From Eledone cirrhosa (Eukaryota), in assembly GCA_964016885.1 (NCBI GenBank), contig OZ024741.1, forward strand, positions 66,092,001 through 66,156,000: a stretch of 64,000 bases of DNA, given 5' to 3'. Positions 27,512 to 39,534 of the stretch are shown here, piece by piece (position 1 is the first letter of the stretch; the number at the start of each line of letters is the position of its first letter). The position numbers were made by a program, and so were the translations under genes. Under the pieces are notes generated by a model. The model saw only the letters and a list, made by a program, of their open reading frames with translations, was not told the origin of the DNA and did no database searches.

Positions 27512-27790
27512 CGTCATCAACATCGTTTAATGTCCATTTTCCACTCTAGCATGGGTTAGACGGGTTGTCTCGTTTGAGGCAAGTCATGTCAGGTGACCAT
27601 GTCTTGCTCATACAGAACTGTTTCTGGTTTGGTTTCTATGGCTGAATGCCCTTTCTAACACCAACCACATTTACAGTGTGCACTGGGTGCTTTTTGTCCT
27701 GACACCTACACAACCACTTTATAGTGTGTGTTCGGTGCTTTTTGTCGTGACACCTACACAACCACTTTACAGTGTGGGCTGGGAGCTTTA
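27512..27790 (-). mobile_element. Non-coding RTE/SINE 3' module; further copies at about 11070, 23905, 25235, 33230, 43027, 43445 and 53077
   Basis: (CAT)n tail, ggatgcccttcctaacaccaacc-like core and tandem units of about 45 bp (ttacagtgtgggctgggtgctttt). Confidence 0.75.
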
Positions 27791-28004
27791 ATCAAATATA
27801 TCCTACACCTAACATTTATGGTTTTGTAACAATGTAATAAATTATTATTTAAGTTTAAGGAGGAAACAACTTTTAAAACGTTTAATGAAATCCTTCTAAA
27901 GGAAGTTCCTAGCATTAAATAACTTACACCCCACCTCTCAGTTTTTTAGAGAGGAGGGTCACTGTTCTCTCAAATGTTGAGTGTAAACTGAATTACTCAT
28001 GTAA

Positions 28005-28328
28005 TTAACCAGTTTGATACCAAACTGTCTGAAACCGCCATTGGTTTATGATACAAAACTATTTTGAAAGTGTTTATATTTATCTAGAAACCTTGTATCA
28101 TAATTTATATAAGAGCCTTTTATGTTATTGCTCCAACTACCAGCTTAATAGTGATAAAGTTTGTATTATATATTTCTGTAGATTTTTTAAAATTATTTTT
28201 CAGAATGATTTCAAAATCATAAGTAGTATCTTCCATGTGTTTCATTTAGAAATATGATACCTTGCTAGAAGAGAAAGCAGATGTTAAAGATGTTAAAACG
28301 ATGACAATGATGATAATGAAAGGGTTAA
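28005..28328 (+). mobile_element. MITE family B, interrupted near its right end by a short RTE-type tail
   Basis: ttaa|ccagtttgatacc ... aatgaaaggg|ttaa. Confidence 0.6.
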
Positions 28329-28470
28329 AGGAAGCAGGTGCGAGGATTTTTTTCAATTAATCAACTTTTAGCAATATAAAAAAAATAAGCCAGTAACAAG
28401 AGAGGGTTTTTACATAGTCTTTTGACCTGTTAAAAATAGCAGCCAAATCTCTTTCAAATTCCATATTGCC

Positions 28471-28644
28471 TTAACTCTTTAGCATTCACATTACTCTATA
28501 TTTACTATAATTATCTCATATAATATTGAATCTATAAGATTTTTATATGATTTATTTTTGAGAATGATATGAACAGCTGGTTACGACAGAAAGAGGTGAG
28601 ATAATTCTGGCCGGATATGGCCAGTTTAAATGCTAAAGGGTTAA
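28471..28644 (-). mobile_element. MITE family A nested in an older SINE-like repeat
   Basis: ttaa|ctctttagcatt ... aatgctaaaggg|ttaa. Confidence 0.85.
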
Positions 28645-28710
28645 AAGTGAAAGAAGACAATGACTAATACAGTCCTAGATAATCTGTGTCTGATGAAGAA
28701 TAAATACAAG

Positions 28711-31700
28711 CACCCATGTGAAGCGCCAACCCAGAGACCCTTCCCTACGAGTGTCGACAAATGCCCAAAACTCCGAGTTGGTACCATCAATGTAGGCTCA
28801 ATGAAAGGAAGAGCAGGAGAAATCGTAGAAATGCTAGAGCGAAAGGAAATTGATGTATGCTGTGTGCAAGAGACTAGATGGAGAGGAGAGTCTGCCAGAG
28901 TCCTGGTAGGAAAAAGTCGGTGCTACAAATTTTTCTGGGTGGGAAATGACGATGGGATGGGTGGTGTAGGTATACTACTAGCTGACAAGTGGGTAGATAA
29001 AGTAATCTCAGTGTACAGGGTAAATGCAAGAATCATTAAACTCAGACTAGTCCTGAATAAAACAATTACCACAATAATATCAGCTTACGCACCCCAATCG
29101 GAGCTGCCAGACGAACTTAAGGATAGGTTTTACGAGTCCCTAATGCACACTACTGCTCTAACAGACGACAATGACTTCCTAATCATCACAGGAGATTTTA
29201 ACGGACACGTAGGTAAACACTGCGACGGCTTCAATAGAGTACATGGAGGCCATGGGGTTGGCACAAGAAATGAGGAAGGATTCAGACTTCTAGAATTCTG
29301 CGACGCCAATGACATGTCGATATGTAACACAAACTTTAAAAAACCCGACAACCACCTGATCACCTATAGATCAGGGGAGCACTCCAGTCAGATAGATTTT
29401 ATCCTCATCAGAGGACATGACAGATGGACGGTCGTAAACACAAAAGCCTTCCCTAGTGAGGAATGTACATCCCAACATAGCTTAGTCGTCAGCGACCTCA
29501 CGGTCAGAACTAGACGAACCTGGAAACAGAGGCCAACCTGGAGAAGAAAGATCTGGAAGCTGAAAGTCCCCTCAACGAGTAACAGATTTAAAGATATTTT
29601 ACTCAATGCCTACGGCAGTAAAGAAGTACAGATACAGACATTTAATGTAGAAGAGAACTGGGAGTTCCTAAAAAATAATTTACTAGAGGCGACGGATGAG
29701 GTCTGTGGCTGGAGTAAGACCTCAAGCAGGAGGAGAGTGACTTGGTGGTGGAACAATAAGGTAGATGAAGCAGTTAAGGCCAAGAGACAGGCATGGAAAG
29801 AATGGAAGAACGAGGAGAGCAGGGTACATTACATAGAGACCAAGAGGGAAGCTAGGCGACAAGTATACTTAGTTAGGAGGGAAGCAGAGGATAGAAAATT
29901 CAAGCATGTTTTGCAATGTGAGGACCAGAAACAGGAGGTATTCAAGATTGCGAGGCAGTGTGTCAGAGATAGTTGTGATGTCATTGGAGAGAAGTGTATC
30001 CGGAATGATAAAAGTGAGCTTGCCCTCACAAGTGCTGAGAAGAAAGATGCATGGAAGAGTCATTATGATAGATTACTAAATGAGGAGAATGCATGGGAAG
30101 AAGAGACCCTACCCCAAGTAGACCCTATAGAGGGGCCAGCAGTACAAGTCAGCAGCAATGTAGTAAGTAAGGCAATCAAAGATATGAAGATGGGGAAGAC
30201 AACCGGTCCATCGGGTATAGCTGCCGAGATGCTGAAGGCATCTGGGTCTGTAGGTCACACTATAACTACACGTATTGTTAACCAGGTAATACTAGAAGGT
30301 GTCATACCAAAAGATTGGTGCAGTAGCATCATTGTCAACTGCTACAAAGGTAAAGGCGATGAACTAGATAGAGGAAACTATAGAGGTATAAAGTTGATGG
30401 ACCAGGTCATGAAAGTAACAGAAAGAGTTATAGCACAGTTGATTAGGGACCGGGTGAAAATAGACGAGATGCAATTTGGGTTTGTACCAGGAAGAGGCAC
30501 CACTGATGCCCTCTTCCTTGTGAGGCAATTACAGGAAAAGTACCTAGCTAAAAGTAAGCCACTCTACTTGGCATTTGTCGACCTTGAGAAAGCCTTTGAC
30601 AGAGTTCCACGTGCTGTAATCTGGTGGGCTCTTAGAAAACTAGGAGTAGATGAATGGCTTGTGAAAGCGGTACAAGCCATGTATAGGGGAGCAGTCAGCA
30701 AAGTTAGGATTAGCAATGAATATAGCGAGGAATTTAGCGTACAGGTTGGGGTCCACCAGGGCTCTGTTCTTAGCCCCCTCCTGTTCATCATAGTCCTGCA
30801 GGCAATAACGGAGGAGTTTAAGACCAGGGAAATGGCCTTGCTTAGTATGTAGGAAAGGTGTAGGTAGGAACTCCATTCTCTGCCCCAAATGCAAACAATG
30901 GGTACACAAGAGATGTAGCGGGATCTCAGGAAGCTTAATTAAGAATGTAGGATTCACATGCAGCAGCTGTGCTGAAACAACAAGCAAACAGCCACAGGAA
31001 ACAAGTACCACCAATCTCTGGGAGGGCCCTGTAGAAACAGTAGACAGCTTCTGCTACCTAGGTGACCGAATTAGCAACGGAGGTGGGTGCTCAGAAAGTA
31101 CAATAACTAGGGTAAGAACGGGATGGAAGAAGTTTAGGGAACTACTACCACTGCTAGCTGCAAAAGGCTTCTCCCTCAGAATGAAAGGCAGACTGTATGA
31201 TGCGTGTATCCGAACAGCGATGTTGCATGGTAATGAGACCTGGGCGCTGAAGGTGGAAGACTTACGTAGATTAGAGAGAAACGAAGCCTGCATGCTCCGA
31301 TGGATGTGTAACAGTAATATACGTGAACGACAAAGCATAAAGGAATTGAGAGAGAGACTGAGCATAAGAGGAATCAAATGATGCGTGCAGGAGAGGCGGT
31401 TACGCTGGTATGGACATGTGATGCGTATGAAGGATGACAGCTGCATAAAAAGGTGCAGAGCACTAGAAGTTGATGGAAACCGCGGAGTGGGGAGACCCAA
31501 GATGACTTGGGATGAGGTGATAAAAGCCGACCTTACCCAACTACACCTCTCAAAGTCAATGACACACGACCGTGACTTCTGGCATCACGCAGTAATACAG
31601 GGTACCCGACCTCCCATGGGTACATGCTGAAGCATATAAACAATATGCCCCCCCCCCCCCCCCGCAAGGTGGTCGTGGAGGTGCCACGGCAAAAAAGCAC

Positions 31701-33204
31701 CCAGCCCACACTGTAAAGTGGACGTGTAGGCGCCACGAAAAAGCACCCAGCACTCACTGTAAATGAGGTTGGTGTTAGGAAGGGCATCCAGCTGTAGAAA
31801 TCAAGCCAGATCAGTTCCTGTATGAGCAAGGCATGGTCAGCCGACCAGACACTGCCCACAACAGGACAACCCGTCTAACCCATGCTAGCGTGGAAGAACG
31901 GACGTAAAACGGTGATGATGATGATGATGATGCCCATGGGAACTCCTGTATGCTGATGACCTCGCACTCATAGCTGAATCTATGGTAGAACTAGAGAATA
32001 AATTCCAAACTTGGAAGCAGGGACTAGAAAGAAAGGGTCTCAAAGTCAACATGACAAAGACTAAGGTCCTTGTAAGTAGACGAGAAAACAGAACCCAAAT
32101 CCCCTCAGGGAAATGGCCTTGCTCATTATGTAGGAAAGGTGTAGGTAGGAACTCCATTCTCTGCCCCAAATGCAAACAATGGGTACACAAGAGATGTAGT
32201 GGGATCTCAGGAAGCTTAATTAAGAATGTAGGCTTCACATGCAGCAGCTGTGCTGAGACAGCAAGCAGCAAACAGCCACAGGAAACAAGTACCACCAATC
32301 TCTGGGAGGGCTCTGTAGAAACAGTAGACAGCTTCTGCTACCTAGGTGACCGAATTAGCAGCGGAGGCAGGTGTTCAGAAAGTACAATAACTAGGGTAAG
32401 AAAGGGATGGAAGAAGTTTAGGGAACTACTACCACTGCTAGCTGCAAAAGGCTTCTCCCTCAGAATGAAAGGCAGACTGTATGATGCGTGTATCCGAACA
32501 GCAATGTTGCATGGTAGTGAGACCTGGGCACTGAAGGTGGAAGACTTACGTAGATTAGAGAGAAACGAAGCTTGCATGCTCCGATGGATGTGTAACAGTA
32601 ATATACGTGAACGACAAAGCATAAATGAATTGAGAGAGAGACTGAGCATAAGAGGAATCAAATGCTGTGTGCAGGAGAGGCGGTTGCGCTGGTATGGACA
32701 TGTGATGCATATGAAGGATGACAGCTGCATAAAAAGGTGCAGAGCACTAGAAGTTGATGGAAACCGCGGAGTGGGGAGACCCAAGACAACCTGGGATGAG
32801 GTGATAAAAGCCGACCTTACCCACCTCTCAAAGGCAATGACACACGACCATGACTTCTGGCGTCACACAGTAATACAGAGTACCCGACCTCCCATGGGTA
32901 CAAGCTGAAGCATATAGACAATATGCCCCCACACCCCCCACCGCAAGGTGGTCGTGGAGGTGCCACAGCAAAAAAAGCATCCAGCCCACACTGTAAAGTG
33001 GACGTGTAGGCGCCACAAAAAAGCACCCAGCACTCACTGTAAATGAGGTTGGTGTTAGGAAGGGCATCCAGCTGTAGAAATCAAGCCAAATCAGTTCCTG
33101 TATGAGCAAGGCATGGTCAGCCGATCAGACACTGCCCACAACAGGACAACCCGTCTAACCCATGCTAGCGTGGAAGAACGGACGTAAAACGGTGATGATG
33201 ATGA
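28711..33204 (+). mobile_element. Near full-length RTE LINE family B, split by a nested RTE-B insertion at 30826-31930
   Basis: APE+RT frame open to ...EEFKT at 30825; resumes as CPWELLYADD at 31931 and stays open to 32908; 3' UTR and (GAT)n tail follow. Confidence 0.92.
30826..31930 (+). mobile_element. 5'-truncated RTE-B (subfamily B') nested in the host RTE-B
   Basis: Starts at GKWPC and has its own 3' UTR and tail; diagnostic variants match 60433-61444 rather than 31931-33204. Confidence 0.85.
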
Positions 33205-33384
33205 CCACAACCAGAAAATCTTAGATTGCTATATCATTATTATCATCATCACCATTTAATGTCCATTTTTCGACGCTTGCATGGGTCAGACGGGTCATAT
33301 GCCATACCTTGCTCTGATGGGACTGTAAATTTGGCCAGAGTTTTTACAGCTGGATGCCCTTCCTAACACCAACTACATTTACAG

Positions 33385-33581
33385 TAATAAGAGCCAAGGA
33401 CTATGCGACCAAAAATTTTGATGGTAGGGGAGTCGGCTTATATTTGGGGGCAATATTTTTACGATTTTCACCAACTTCAAATATTCTACGTAAATAAGGT
33501 TTGGATTTTCGCCCATTTCTCAGGCATAAAATAGTGGGGTTGGCTTATATTTATATAGACTTATATTCAAGTATATACAGT
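33385..33581 (+). mobile_element. Possible right end of a Tc1/pogo-type non-autonomous DNA transposon
   Basis: Repeated ggcttatat subterminal motifs and terminus gacttatattcaagtatatacag|ta; related left-end-like sequence near 40279. Confidence 0.4.
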
Positions 33582-33767
33582 ATATAGAAACTAGGCAATA
33601 CAATATCTGCAACCTGGACCAGTAATTTGAGTAGGTTATTTGTTGTTTGACTGTGAGAGACTGTGTTGAAGATTGAGTTTGAATTTAATTTATGATCTGA
33701 CATGTCTCATAATGTGATAACCTGTCCAACCCATGCAAGCGTGGGAAAATGGAGGTTAATGGTGATG

Positions 33768-33803
<36 letters not shown>

Positions 33804-34327
33804 GCCTATGAACAGGACCTAGTCACCTGACCGGTCTAGCCATAGCATGTGACAGCCCAAGCCATCTAATTTATGCAAGCATGGAAAATTTGACATTAAA
33901 CAGTGATGATACAGAATAAACTTATGTTAAACTGATCTCCCTCATCTCTTTTATTTTTTATACCCTACAAATCTGAGACAAGCAAGCCGACAGATCCCTG
34001 GCTTGTTTGGGAGATCAGTAGCCACCGCTTCAGTACTGACTTAGTCTATGTAGACACACTCAACCCTTGTTAACAGGGAAAGCAGATGTTAAAACAATAA
34101 TGACGAATTCTAATTGATACCAGGTAGCAGTCATCTCCCTTTCCAGAAGAAATTAATAATTGTCCCCCGAGTCAACACTACTTCATCTCAAAATCAAACT
34201 ACCACATTGATTGCTGAATGTGGTTTATGCTTGCATTAACTGCAATCCAATAAACCAATGCGTGTATGTATATACACATATACATATATATATAAATACA
34301 CACACAGACATATTATATATATACACA

Positions 34328-37300
34328 CGTTTAACGTCCATCTTCCACGTTTGGGTTTGGACGGGAGTTTTCCCACTTGAGGCAAGAGTGGTTGTCTTGC
34401 TCTCATAGGACTGTCTGGCGAGTTTTCTACGGCTGGATGCCCTTCCTAACACCAACCACGTTTACAGTGTGAGCTGGGAGGTTTTTACCGTGTTACCTAC
34501 ACGGCCACATTACAGCGTGGACTGTGGGATTTTTTGTTGTGACACCTACACGACCGCATTTGTTTCGGACTGGATGTTGTGGTACCAACATAACTTTACA
34601 TTCAAAAGGGTGGTGTGGATGGGGTGGGGGTAGTGGGACGGGGGTGTATTTTTGTTAGAGGTGCCTACTGACTGTGGTAGGTTTCACTTTGTACTTAGGT
34701 AAGGCGGGTCTTCTGTATTACTGTGTAGCGCCAAAGATCTCGGTCCAGTGACATTGTCTTGGAGAGGTGTAAGTGTGTGAGGTCGGAATTTATCAAGTCG
34801 TCCCAAGTTTTTCTGGGTCTGCCTACTCCGTGGCTACCGTCTATTTTTATTGCCCTGCACTTTTTTATACAGCTGTCATCTTTCATGCGCATCACGTGAC
34901 CGTACGTAGTCTTCTCACGAGTAAACAACATCTGATCCCTCTTATTTCTAATTTTTCCCTTCGCTCGTTTATGCTTTGCCGTTCACGTATATTACTATTA
35001 CACATCCAGCGGAGCATGCAAGCTTCGTTCCTCTCCAGTCTGCGTATATCCTCTGCACACAATGCCCAAGTCTCACTGTCATGTAACATTGCTGTTCGTA
35101 TGCAGGGATCATACAGCCTGCCTTTCATTTTTAGAGAGAACCCTTTAGCGGCTAATAGTGGTATAAGCTCTCTGAACTTTTTCCATCCAGTTCTGACTCT
35201 AGCTACTGTACTTTCAGAGCACCCTCCACCACTGCTGATTTTGTCACCCAGGTAACGGAAGGTGTCCACTATTTCTATAGAACCATCTGTGCAATGGAAT
35301 GAGCTAGTATTCTGTGGGCACTTGCTGCTACTTATTGCACCTGAGCACCGGCCATATATAAAATCTATATTCTTAGTTAGCTTACCTGTGATCCCACTAC
35401 ATCTTTTATGCACCCATACTTTGCATTTGGGACATAAAATGGAGTTTCTGCCTACTCCTTTCCTACACACTGAGCATGGCCATTTCCCGGATGGGACCGG
35501 TGCCCTATTTTCCTTCCTACAAACTAGAACTTTAGTCTTAGACAGGTTAATTCTAGGCCATGCTTCCATGTTTGGAATTTCTTCTCTAGTTCAACCATTG
35601 ATTCAGCTATGAGCGTTAGATCATCTGCGTATAGGGGTTCCCATGGGCAGCCGGTCTTGAACTCCATTGTTATAGCCTGAAGGGCAATAATAAATAGTAG
35701 GCAGCTAAGAACGGAGCCCTGATGAACACCAACTTTTATGCTAAACTCTTAACTATATTCGTTGTTAATTCTAACCTTGCTGACTGTTTTTTTTTACATG
35801 GCTTGTATAGCTCTCACAAGCCATTCATCAACACTTAGTTTTCTAAGAGCCCACCAGATAATGGAACGGGGGACTCTGTCAAAGGCTTTCTCCAAGTCGA
35901 CAAAAGCTAAGTATAGGGGTTTACTTTTAGCTAGGTACTTCTCCTGTAATTGTCGTACAATGAAAAGAGCGTCTGTGGTACTTTTACCTGACACAAACCC
36001 GAACTGCATTTCATCTAGATCAATTCGCTCTCTGATTAGTTACGCTATTACTTTTTCTGTGACCTTCATGACCTGGTCGATTAATTTAATGCCTCTATAG
36101 TTACTCCTATCTAGGGCATCTCCTTTACCCTTGTAGCAGTTAATGATGATGCTGCTACGCCAGTCCTTCGGAACAACCCCATTCTGTATGACTTGGTTTA
36201 CTATCCGGGTGACCATAGTGTGTCCCACCGTCCCAGAAGCTTTCAGCATTTCAGCAACTATTTCCGAAGGCCCAGCCGCCTTACCCATCTTCATATCTTT
36301 GATTGCCTTACTTATTATACTACCTTCAACTAACACTGCTGGTCCCTCTATTGGATCGATGTGGGGGAGACTGTCTTTCTCCCATTTATTCTCCTCATTT
36401 AGTAGCCTTTCATAGTGACACTTCCAAGCTACCTTCTTATCAGCGTCAGTGATGGCAAGTACACCATCATCATTAAGGACACACTTCTCCCCGACAATAT
36501 CACGGTTTTCCTTGACACATTGCCTAGCAATCCTGAACACCTCACGTTTTTGGTCCTTGCGTTGTAGAACATGCTTGAACTTTCTTTCCTCTGCTTCCCT
36601 TCTTGCGAAGTACACTTGTCTCCTAGCTTCCCTCCTGGCCACTTGATAGTCTTCTCTACTTCCCCCATCCCGCCATACTTTCCAAGCCTGCTTTTTGGCC
36701 TTAATTGACTCCTCCACCTTACTGTTCCACCACCACATTACTCTCCTCCTGCCTATAGGCCTGCTCCAGCCACAGACTTCATCTGCCGCCATCAGCAAGT
36801 TTGCTTTCAGGAATTCCCAGTGTTCCTCTATATTGTACGACTCTAATTGCTCTTCCTTACTGTCAAAAGCATCAAGTAATATGCTTTTAAATTTATTACT
36901 GGCTGTGGGGTCCTTTAACTTCCATATTTTTCTCCTGAGGATAGTCCTCTTCTGTTGTCGAGTACGTCTCGTCCTGACTATGAGGTCGCTAATTATCAGT
37001 CTATGTTGAGAGGTGCATTCTTCATGGGGGAGGGATTTAGTGTTTACAACAGACACTCTGTCACGTCTTCTGGTAAGGATATAATCTACCTGGCTGGTAT
37101 GTTCCCCTGATCTGTAGGTGATCAAGTGATTGTCTCGTTTTAGGAAGTTAGTGTTACAGATAGTTAGGTTATTTGCGTCACAGAAATCCAGGATTCTGGA
37201 GCCTTCCTCATTTCTAGTACCAAACCCATAGCCTCCATGGATTCCGTCATAGCCGTTACAATGTTGTCCAACGTGACCATTTAGGTCGCCAGTAATAATT

Positions 37301-37828
37301 ATATAGTCACTGTCGGTTATTTGGCAGGTAGTGAGCATCAGTGTCTCATATAATCTGTCTTTTATAGCGCCAGGCAGTCCGGATTGGGGTGCGTACGCAG
37401 ATATTACTGTCACAGTAGTTCTATTTAGAACAAGTCTTATTTTAATTATTCTATCATTCACTCTATTTACGTCTATTACCTTATCCACCCATTTTTCTGC
37501 TAACATGATACCTCCCCCACCCAGCCCATTGTCATTTCCCACCTAGAAAAGCTTATAGCATCGTTTTTTACCCACAATGAATCTAGCTGACCCGCCCCTC
37601 CACCTGGTCTCTTGGATACAGCAAACATCGACCTCCTTACGTTCAAGCATTTCTACAACCTCGTTAGAGCGACCTTTTAAGGTGCCTACATACATGGTAC
37701 CAACTCTGAAGTTTTGGATTGCGTTTGGTGGGTCGAGCGTTGGGAGGGGGGAGGGGGATGGGGATGGGGTTGGGGTTATGTTGGCCATCCGCGGCCGAAA
37801 CAGAGAGGAGGAGTCCTTGCCCTTTCGT
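34328..37828 (-). mobile_element. Near full-length RTE-A copy A2, multiply disabled
   Basis: Colinear with A1; stops at 37543 and 36040, small deletions and frameshifts near 35552 and 34900. Confidence 0.93.
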
Positions 37829-38351
37829 GTAAGGTCGGAATTTATCAAATCATACCCAGGTTTATTCTTCTCAGGTATTGAGCACATTTTTCTCATGTTC
37901 ACAAATCCAAATTTATGTGTATATCTGTGTGTCTATGTGTGTTTGTATACACATGCTTTGTATACACATGCTTTTTCTCTATATATATACACACACAGGT
38001 ATGTGTGTGTGTGTGTAGTAAATAGAAAACAACAGAGCAAATCGATACAGTATAATGAAGATTTATATTAGTTTAACACTTGATATAGTAGGAAAAGAGC
38101 TTTAATGTTTCAGACATTAGTCCTTTATCAGAAGATAGAATAAGAAATAAAAGAATAGAAAAAGTGGAAAGTGAGAAGAGGAAAAAACATAAAAAAAATT
38201 TTTTTTATTTTTTTAGACAAAGCCTGTGTATACAAACACACATAGACACATAGATATACACATAAATCTGGATTTGTGAACACGAGAAAAATGTGCTCTA
38301 TACCTGAGAAGAATAAACCTGGGGATGATTTGATAAATTCCGACCTTACAC
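37827..38351. repeat. Inverted repeat with arms of about 135 bp (37827-37960 vs 38217-38351)
   Basis: Arms are reverse complements with a few mismatches; the ORF track shows the same peptide (RKMCSIPEKNKPG.DLINSDLT) on both strands. Confidence 0.85.
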
Positions 38352-38627
38352 ACTTGCACATCTCTAGGACAATGTCACTGGACCGAGATCTTTGGTGCTA
38401 CGCAGTAATACAGAAGACCTGCTTTGCCTATGTACAAAGTGAAACCTACAGTCAGTAGGTACCTCTTAACCAAATATACACCCCAACCCACTATCCCTAC
38501 TCCATCCTCCCACTCCCACCAACACCACCCTTTCTCTGTAAAGTTACGTTGGTACCACAACATCCAGTCCAAGCTAACGAGGTCATGTAGGTTTCACAAC
38601 AAAAAAACACACAGTCCACGCTGTAAT
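38317..38627 (+). mobile_element. RTE-A 3' fragment lacking its tail
   Basis: Encodes DDLINSDLTHLHISRTMSLDRDLW followed by a partial A-type 3' UTR. Confidence 0.85.
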
Positions 38628-38665
38628 GCGCCTGAAGGCACTCGAGAGTAATATATAGATAGATA

Positions 38666-39235
38666 ACTAGCAGAAAAAATACCCTTCTGCTAGCACGTGT
38701 AGTGTGCATATTGATATTATACGCAAATATACAAGTAGATATGATATGTCAAATGAAATCGTAATTGACAATATTCACATAAATTGAACTAAATCTGTGT
38801 TACCCTCTCTTCTGTAATCAGTAAAGTAATCCATGATACATTTAAAAAAATACAATATTATATATAAACTGCATATATAATAAACTAAAATGCTATGAAA
38901 ATGAAAAAGGGAGAAAATTAGCGACCTAAGTATAAACCTTATATAACGATGCAAATATATGAACGTTTATATAAGTGATGTAATAAGTGTTATAATATAA
39001 CGGACGCTAACCGGAAGTGTTGACATTTGAAAATGTTAAAGAAGTGAATGTTGAAATAAGCAATACTTTATATATAAGAATATTTATGTTTAATCAAGAG
39101 CTACGGAATTTAGTAGATAAATTATGTAATATTCATTCATTATTTATTCAAAATAATCCAACTTATTTTACTAACAGGATAAAAAATTATAAAACAGACG
39201 CTGCTCCGCACTCCTCCCTTTATTTTATTATAGAT
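38666..39235 (+). mobile_element. Possible non-autonomous Helentron/HINE-like element
   Basis: 5' actagcagaa with hairpin ctagcagaa/ttctgctag and 3' ...ttattatagat|t; terminal resemblance only. Confidence 0.3.
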
Positions 39236-39331
39236 TTAGATGAAGGTAGTTTTCTAGCAAATGAAAATTTAAATATATTGTTTCTACTTTAGGCACAAGG
39301 CCAGCAATTTCAAGGGGGAGGGGAAAGTCGA

Positions 39332-39534
39332 TTAACCCTTTAGCATTTAAACCGGCCATAACCAGCCAGAATTCTCTCACCTCTTTCTGTTCAAACTGGT
39401 TGTAACTGGCAGTTCTCAAAATAAATATCAAAATCTCATAGATTCGATATTATGTGAGATAATTATGTGAGAGAAAGTGTTTACTGTGAAAATATAATAG
39501 TAAATATAGAGTAATGTAAATGCTAAAGGGTTAA
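39332..39534 (+). mobile_element. MITE family A, complete, nested in the SINE at 39279-39695
   Basis: 14-bp TIR and TTAA TSD; the uninterrupted SINE near 20115 shows a single ttaa at this position. Confidence 0.92.

Noticed and set aside
28660-28710. N-terminus MTNTVLDNLCLMKNKYK of the 730-aa ORF
   Set aside because: It appears to derive from the flanking SINE-like repeat that happens to be in frame, not from the LINE
30825-30852. Simple internal deletion of the YADD region in RTE-B
   Set aside because: The missing sequence is present at 31931 onward, so nested insertion explains it better
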